Source: Azolla caroliniana (Eukaryota; Plantae; Polypodiophyta). Taken from it: 27,272 nt of DNA. The position numbers and the translations under genes are program-made. Position 1 is the first letter of the stretch. Each line of letters opens with the position of its first letter. The notes beneath the pieces are model-generated. The model was given only the letters and a program-made list of their open reading frames with translations. It ran no database searches and had not been told where the DNA came from. Below are positions 20,401-27,272 of this stretch, piece after piece. The stretch is from NCBI GenBank assembly GCA_043228905.1, contig JBHGNT010000414.1:1-27272 (forward strand). The letters run 5' to 3'.

Positions 20401-21859
20401 GGAAAGTATCTTGATGACAGTTATTTTGCAAAATACTGGGCAAGAGTTGAGTTTGGAACAGACACCACCACATCCTCGAAGGAATACTTCCACATTGCTA
20501 ACGGTTTGCTCTACCGTAATGGAAGGGTTTGTGTTCCAGATTTACCCGAGGTCAAAAAGAGGATTCTTTTTTAATGCCATGATGCACCCTCAACAGGGCA
20601 CCCTGGAATACATCGTACACTCGTTCTCATGTCCACTCAATTTTATTAGCCTAAGATGCGTCCTGACATACATAGCTATGTGACTAAATGTCACCAGTGT
20701 CAGGTTAACAAAGCCGAGCGACTTAAAGCCGCAGAACTTTTACATCCCTTGGACATTCCCAATAATAACTGGGAAAGTATATCCATGGATTTTATTGTTA
20801 GCCTTCCTCGCACCCAAAAAGGTCATGATGCCATCTGGGTTGTCGTTGATCGACTAACTAAAATGGCCAGATTTATTGCTACTAAAACCACGGTAACAAC
20901 TCCTGAATTGGCTTACCAATTCGTTGACGAATTCTTTCGTTTTTATGGGTTACCGATGGATATCGTGAGTGATCAAGATCCAAAGTTTACTAGTGACTTC
21001 TCGACGCAAGTCTTTAAGAAGTTAGAAACTACGTTGAGCATGAGCTCCACGGATCATCCTCAATCCGATGGATAGACAGAACGAGTAAATCAAATTATTG
21101 AGGACATGCTTCGAGCATACGTTGGTGCAAAACCAACAAAATGGGAACGGTATCTCCCAATTTTGGAGTTTGCTTATAATAGCTCCAAGCATACGTCGAC
21201 GAGATATAGTCCTTTTATGTTGATGTATGGTTTTCAGCCACGAGCCCCGATTGATGTTAATATACATCATGATGAGTTGCGAAGTACGCAAAACTTTCTT
21301 CGGGATATGCAAGATATATTGCATATTGCACGAGATAATATAAAAACAGCTCAAGATAGAGCGTGTTTTTATGTCGATCATCATAGGCAACCTCGTGTAT
21401 TCAACCCTGGACAGAAGGTATTTTTACGTGTACCTCATAATTCTAAGACATTGTCTACGGGTAAGTGTGCTAAGTTAGCCCCACGGTTTTGTGGACCTTT
21501 TACAATCCTCAAACGCATTGGGTCATCAACCTATCGTCTCGCTCTTCCCGATGGTGTCGGAATTCATCCAGTCTTTCATGTGAGTCGTCTAAAAGAACTT
21601 CTAGGTTATGGCGACAATACAGTTACAACTGAAACTCTGGTTACTTCTGAAGAATTATCTTCTAAACCACATGTACCAGAAAGAATTCTCGATGTTAAAA
21701 CAAAAAAATTACGTACTAAAGAAATTCCGAGAATTTAAAATAAAATGGATGGATAAATCAATAAAAGATGGCACATGGGAACGCGAAAATACTCTCAGAA
21801 CTAATTTCCCTAACTTTCCATTCCAAGAGTGCAATGTTTTAAAGAGGGGGAGTATGTGA
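17438..21859 (+). pseudogene. gag-pol: Chromovirus gag-pol polyprotein with several stops and two frameshifts
   Basis: Gag (KPFTGD, AATWW), degenerate knuckle [14 protein letters not shown] in the same frame as pol, protease [21 protein letters not shown], RNase H ETDASDYA, integrase HHCC and ISMDF/IVSDQD, GPF motif, chromodomain PERILD..FKIKW..TWE. Confidence 0.95.
21841..21852 (+). other. Polypurine tract
   Basis: AAAGAGGGGGAG just before the 3' LTR. Confidence 0.9.
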
Positions 21860-22309
21860 TGGGCATGAACATTTAATATCCCATGGTGAGAATTTACCGT
21901 AGTATTCTATGCACGTGGATAAGTGTGAGGGTTAAACGAGAGTGTAAAGAAGGGGAGGATTAGTTTTAATCCTCGGGATTGAGACAACCCAATAGGTCAA
22001 GTGCGAACTTGCCTGGGGGCCTTGGGTATCGTTATAAATAAGAGGCCTAGCTACCCTCATTTGATCATCTTTTCACTACATCGAGACTCTGCTCTTGTGG
22101 TGGGTCAACTCTTGTAGCGAGCGCGCCAACACCAGGTACGACTCGACGCCACGACGGTGGTATGGGACGCCGATCAAGGCTCGAGTCCGTCTCGATCCCT
22201 TCGCTCGGGGGTGGTCGGGTGGATCGGCACCCTTCTTTCTCTTTCTCCTTTCTATCTATCATTTGTTTATCCTTATCTTAAGCTTACTTTAGTACTTAGA
22301 TCTCTAATA
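21855..22309 (+). repeat. Chromovirus 3' LTR
   Basis: About 19 substitutions versus the 5' LTR over 455 bp (by-eye count). Confidence 0.95.
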
Positions 22310-22499
22310 GCAATGGCTTGCCAACGAAGAAAAGAGGGTTTCGGAACTGATTCCGAAACCGAGATCCGGATCGGAACACCATCAACCGCGGGCTCGAGAA
22401 GCTACAACTGAGAAGGGAATCGACGCAACTACGGTGGAGCAGTTGCTGAAGGAGATGGAGAATCTAAAAATCGCGATGGTGAAGAAGTCGGATGACCGT

Positions 22500-23581
22500 T
22501 GTCGTGGCTTGGCTCGCCTAGAAGCGTAGCGTTGCGTAGACAAAAGAAATCGTGAAAGTGAGGAAGGAATCACTGGGATTATGGACGGAAGAGACGAAAG
22601 AGTAGAGATAGATAAATAGTGATCAACAAGATATGACAAGATAGGATATAGAATGATATTTGAAGCAATAAAAGAGATTTATAATTATTTGATAAAAGAG
22701 TTACAAAATGATTGTGCACATCGTTGAACCTCCGAACTTTGTCTTGCAAGGTAATCGCTCTTCTCTTTCTTGATCGTAGACCATTACAATCTTCACTTCA
22801 ATATTTTGATGAAGATAAGGCTCGAACCGCCTCCCTCTTGTTGAGAGTTGACCACCACGACCGCCAAGCTAGAGCTCTACGTTTATGTTAAACTTCTTCC
22901 CTTCTTTCTCTATTTTTATGGTATCTCTTATGAAATACATAATTTGATTGATATCTCATACATATCTCTCCTTTTGATCTTCTCTTTCACCCTTTAAATA
23001 GGTGCCCCCATGCATATGATGCATTGGAGGGTACAAGTCATGCATGTAGTGCATGAAATGCATGTGATGCATGATCGCCATTTGGCGTTCATGCATTACA
23101 TGTGATGCACGATAAACATCTCGCTCATTTGAGCTTTTATGTATGAAACAATATATGCAATAAGAATAAACATGAAAATATAATCTTAAAGAGAAAGGGC
23201 CTAGCTTAATGGTAGGTGTGTTGACTTTGGTGTATGAGGTTGTTGATTCGAGTCTCAAAATACTACAACATACAACTTTATTTTTATATCATGAAGCAAA
23301 TCCTTTATCTAATATAAAGTATATATAAAGTATGCTTTATTTTATGTATATTACTAGTATAGAGTAAATGGTAAGATTTGAGAGTCATAGGGTGGGGTTA
23401 TTGGTTCAAGTCCTCTCTTATTCGTGTAATATAATATATTTATCTATATATATATATTATTTTTCTTTACATATATATAATATTATCATATGTGTTGTTA
23501 TAAAACATTATCAAATGTTATTTTAGTTACGTATTTATCTTATTGTAGACTTTTAATGTGAAGCTTTCGTACTTCACGACA
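22500..23581 (-). repeat. Family B 3' LTR (1082 bp)
   Basis: TGTCGTG...CACGACA perfect terminal inverted repeat. Minus-strand CCTATTTAAAGGG TATA at 22990-23002. Confidence 0.88.
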
Positions 23582-23593
23582 TCCACCCCCTCT
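23582..23593 (-). other. Polypurine tract
   Basis: AGAGGGGGTGGA on the minus strand, abutting the LTR. Confidence 0.85.
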
Positions 23594-23621
23594 AGACCTG
23601 CACATCCTCCGGCATGTGCCA

Positions 23622-26600
23622 CTATCTTTCATCTTCATGTTGATCTATCGGAGGAGGTTCAAGCTCAAACCTTTTCTTAAATACTTTTATCCTCTTTCCA
23701 GCTACCACGTTTAGGATTAGTGTCCCATCCAATTCACTAAGCTTATAAGTAAAGTTATCATATACTTTTCTTACTATATAAGGCCCAAACCATCTTTCAG
23801 CGAACTTGCGGACGGTGTTATGTTGATTATCTAAACTGCTATCGTACACGAGCACCCAATCTCCTTCTTCTATTTTCTTAGGTCGAATTCTATGACTTTT
23901 ATCAAAAAGGATTTTATTCTTTAGTTGAGCCTCCTTCAATCGTTGGGCTGCTATTTCTATATCTTCAGGTCGACGCTCTAATTCTTGAATTCGCAAAGCA
24001 AGTAATTCTTCTCTGCTCACCTCTTCTCTCCATGGAATAGATATCCATGACATAATTGATTCTTCTATCGACATGATGGGCTTTTGACCAAGTATCAATT
24101 CAGCTGGCATGTATCCTGTTACTGAACTATGAGTTGTTCGATCCGCCCATAGTGCATAAGGTAGCATGCGTGGCTAATCTCTTATTTTACCTTTACAACT
24201 TTTCACGATCGCCTTAACTATTGAGCTATGTCCTCTTTCAATCTTTCCATTGGCTTCTGGATTATATGCAGTTGTAAGTGATAATTTGACCCCTATTCGG
24301 CTGAAGAATTCTCTAGCTTCATCAGAGTCGAGTTCTCCTTTATCTGCAATTATTTTACCAACACACCCGTAACGACATATTACATCTTCTAACAAAAATT
24401 TACATACAGCTCTAGTTGTTTTTTGTCGTAGTGGTCTTCCTTCTACTTGGTTTGTAAGGTCTTCTCTTGCTAGTACTAAATATCGCATTTGACCTTCCCC
24501 AAGTGGCATTGTCACTAAATCAACCATCCATTTGTAGTGCATTGATGATGAATATGTTGGTTTTAGCTCATCTCGATACCGGATAGTTGAATACCTCTGG
24601 CAAACCTCACAGGTTTCCACAAATTTCGTTACATCTTTATACATATGTGGCCACCAATACTTTTCTTTCAACTTCATAAATGTCGCCCATATGCCTCTAT
24701 GTCCTGCCCACAAACTATCATGGAATTCATTAATTAATTTTCTCTTAATGTCATCCTTACAAATGACTCGAAGAGGATTTTCGGTTGGCCTTTTTGGACG
24801 CCTCCATAAATGCCCTTCATGTAAAAAAAACTTGAATGCTCGTCTTCGAAATTCATTTAATTGTTTCTTCGACCATGATGGGTTGGCTTCTTGAGTCTTT
24901 AGAAAATTTCCTATTTCTAACCATTGACCTTCATACTCTGTGTCTTTGAACATTATACTTACATTAAACTCATCATGAGGCGTCATAGATTCTTGATGAG
25001 CAAATTGATGGCTTGTAGTTGCCCAGTTCTTATCTTCAGTTTGCATCACCTTTTCATTTATGAACCTTGCCCTTGACAACATATCTGCAACTGGGTTTTC
25101 TTTTCCCTTTATATGCCGCAATTCTGGGTTCATGGTTCTGATGTATGCAATCCACCGAAGCATTGCAATATCTGGTGTCGTGCAACTTGCTACCATTCCA
25201 ATGAGTGGCAAACAATCTGTTTCAACCACTACATCTGCTCCGATCAAGTAATCTCTATCTGTTTTTAATGCAGTAAGCAAACCCCACAATTCTCGTTTAA
25301 CTTGTGCATAGTTTCTTTGTCTTTCATTTAATATCTTTGCTCCATATCTGATAGCATATCGATGTTGGTCTTCATCTTCTTGGTTGATAACCCAACCGAT
25401 CCCGATTGGGCTAGTATCAACTGTTACTATAATTGGTCTTTCACCTTTGTAGTCTGGTTGACGAAGAACTGGTGCTTTCAGTAATGCTTCTTTCAGCTGT
25501 TGAACAACTTGTGTATGTTCATCAGTCCAAATAAACTTCTTTCCTTTTCTTAAAAGTTGGTAGAGAGGATCTGAGACATGTGCAAAGTGTGGTAACCAAA
25601 TATGATAAAACACACATGCACCCAAAAATCTTCTCACCTCTGTTACCGAGTCGCAAACTTCCTTCATATTTTGTATTGCATTAATTTTGATCGGCGAAGG
25701 CTTCCTCCCATACCACCCACACATATGACCAACTATTAGAACTTCGTTTTGCCCAAAGCAAGACTTTGTTCCTGATAGTGTCAAATGTACCTGCTCAAGC
25801 TTATTTAAAATACTTTCACATTCATTAATGTGATCCATCACAAACTTTCTGCAACCATTTCCAACCATAGTCTCATCTTTCTCTCTTTCTAAGCATCCCT
25901 TAATAGGAATATCATCTAAAAATGGCATAGTTACCTTTGGGATGTATTCATGTAGAACTTTGTTCATTGCATTCATCATATGAGCAACCGAATTCGTCGC
26001 ACCTTGAGGTAGAGTGCACATTCGAACCAACCCAATTGGTGTTTTCATTGTTGTGATATTGCGACTATCAATTGCTAGTTGAAATTGGTCGTATCCTGAA
26101 TATAGGTCTCCCATAGAGTAAATCGCTCTTCCAGCAAACGCTTCCGCAAATTCATCAACGATCGGTCCGATTCCTGCATTTCGGATTGTGACTTTGTTGA
26201 CTGGTTGTAGATCTTGAATGAATCTTAGAGAACCATCTTTCTTTGGAACTGTGAACCATCTATTGGAGTATGGTGCATTTGAAGGCTCTAAAATCTTTAT
26301 CTTGACTTTATCCTTCAGCAGCTCCAACAATTGAGGTAATCGAGCTCTCGGTACTGCAATAGGTTTAAAATTCCAAGGAATATGAGGGATAGTAAATATT
26401 ACCATTGGCGTCACCACCTTTGGATTTACACAACCAATCTCCTCAGCTTTGAATGTGAACGCTTTCCCATGCCTAAAGATCATTTCTTTGAAAGTCGCGA
26501 TCTCTGATTGTAGAAGAAATTCACCCCTTCCGATTCTCAAGTTATTTATTGTCTCCGAAGTGAAGTGATGTCCGATCTTCTCTATTGGTCGAAGCATAGG

Positions 26601-27085
26601 CTCGGTTGCTGCTGCCTCCATCTTCTCTTCACTACCAATAGGTAATGGTACTGCAGCAGGTTTGACCTTTTTATCTATTGTTTTGTATTTTGTATTACAT
26701 AAACTTTCTACTTCTTCATATTTACAATTATACCTATCAATCTCATAATACATATCAATTGAGTTTACATGTATCTTTCTAACATTCTCATCATCTTCTT
26801 TCAAATACATTTCTAACTCTTCTAAAGTATTTGCAAAAGAAATTTCTTCCATAACACTTTCAATCTGCTCTTCTTTTTCAAGTACTCCATTATCCTTCAA
26901 TGCTTGCTGAAACAGATTAGCATTCTTTTTCAAGTTCCTCTTGCATTCATACATCCTAGTCACACATATAGCACCACTTTCAGAAACATGAAATGACTTA
27001 TTCATATGTTGTAATGCCCTATATGAGGGTCTTTTAATAATGGGACTATTCCAACCCTCACTCGCAACAGTCCTAGTCAAAAACC
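23622..27085 (-). pseudogene. pol: Family B pol (RT-RNase H-integrase, no chromodomain), single in-frame stop at 24174-24176
   Basis: PFLDDIPIKG, TVDTSPIGIGW, VETDC, HDSLWAGH..CEVC, WMVDL/IIADKGE/KIERGH, WFGPY. IRD*PRML (probably TGG>TAG) joins the two listed ORFs in frame. Confidence 0.95.
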
Positions 27086-27087
27086 TG
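27023..27087 (-). promoter_or_regulatory. Candidate frameshift signal of family B (GGTTTT-TGA plus H-type pseudoknot)
   Basis: Stem 1 GGACTGTT/AATAGTCC and stem 2 GTGAGGGTT/GACCCTCAT, at the position homologous to 7862-7925. Confidence 0.72.
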
Positions 27088-27272
27088 ATTATCAAAATCA
27101 TCACAATCTTTTGGTATTGAATGATCACGAAGCTCTTGCTTGTTCCTCTCATGATTTGGGCGAACTGTCATAAATTGTACAGTTCGTCGTCCATCTTGGC
27201 TACGGATTTTCGCATAGGCAGAACCATTGTCGGGGACTTTGGTCTCCATCCGTACCGCTGTAATGTATGGTT
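27073..27272 (-). CDS. Family B gag-protease C-terminal end (partial)
   Basis: PYITAVRMETKVPDNGSAYAKIRSQDGRRTVQFMTVRPNHERNK aligns with family A PFITASRMETKVLDSGAAFAQIRSQNGGKSVEFLIVQANHERNK, in a different frame from pol. Confidence 0.85.
   Translation of the reverse strand, partial: PYITAVRMETKVPDNGSAYAKIRSQDGRRTVQFMTVRPNHERNKQELRDHSIPKDCDDFDNQVFD

Larger units (their letters stand above)
15294..22309 (+). mobile_element. Full-length Ty3/gypsy chromovirus (Tcn1/RLG1-like), 7016 bp, defective
   Basis: Two 455-bp LTRs, GCAAT TSD (15289-15293 and 22310-22314), tRNA-iMet PBS, PPT and gag-PR-RT-RH-IN-chromodomain order. Confidence 0.96.
13747..22499 (+). mobile_element. Ty3/gypsy family A copy 2 (5' LTR, PBS, gag), interrupted by the chromovirus and by family B
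   Basis: 14489-15293 and 22310-22499 match 5185-5981 and 6437-6628. Confidence 0.92.
22500..27272 (-). mobile_element. Ty3/gypsy non-chromovirus family B (same lineage as family A), inserted into family A gag; 5' part off-window
   Basis: Family A gag is cut after GACCGT (intact in copy 1). 3' LTR with 7-bp TIR, PPT and pol colinear with family A pol. Confidence 0.93.

Noticed and set aside
22956-23258. His/Met-rich 100-aa ORF or env-like extra gene
   Set aside because: It is the translation of the CATG-rich LTR tract, with no ATG start and no recognisable domain.
23195-23420. Functional tRNA genes
   Set aside because: No acceptor stem or paired anticodon arm. Reported only as tRNA-like modules.

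Overview
Eukaryotic, transposon-dense plant DNA, most likely a moss such as Physcomitrium patens (inferred from the element families, not proven). No intact host gene is present. The window is a degraded tandem segmental duplication with its junction at ~9677/9678. Each copy carries the 3' repeat region of an L1-like LINE, a broken PR-1 (CAP family) gene and a tRNA-Trp-primed non-chromovirus Ty3/gypsy element (family A). A chromovirus sits at the same GCAAT target site in both copies: a solo LTR in copy 1 (5982-6436) and a full-length element in copy 2 (15294-22309). A second LINE interrupts the second PR-1 copy. A related gypsy (family B, minus strand, 22500 to window end) is nested in copy 2. 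The most notable signal is a candidate -1 programmed ribosomal frameshift cassette (slippery heptamer, stop codon and H-type pseudoknot with compensatory changes). It lies between protease and RT rather than between gag and protease, in both families A and B. Both families also carry antisense tRNA-like (A box/B box) modules in their LTRs. All alignments, counts and folds were done by eye.
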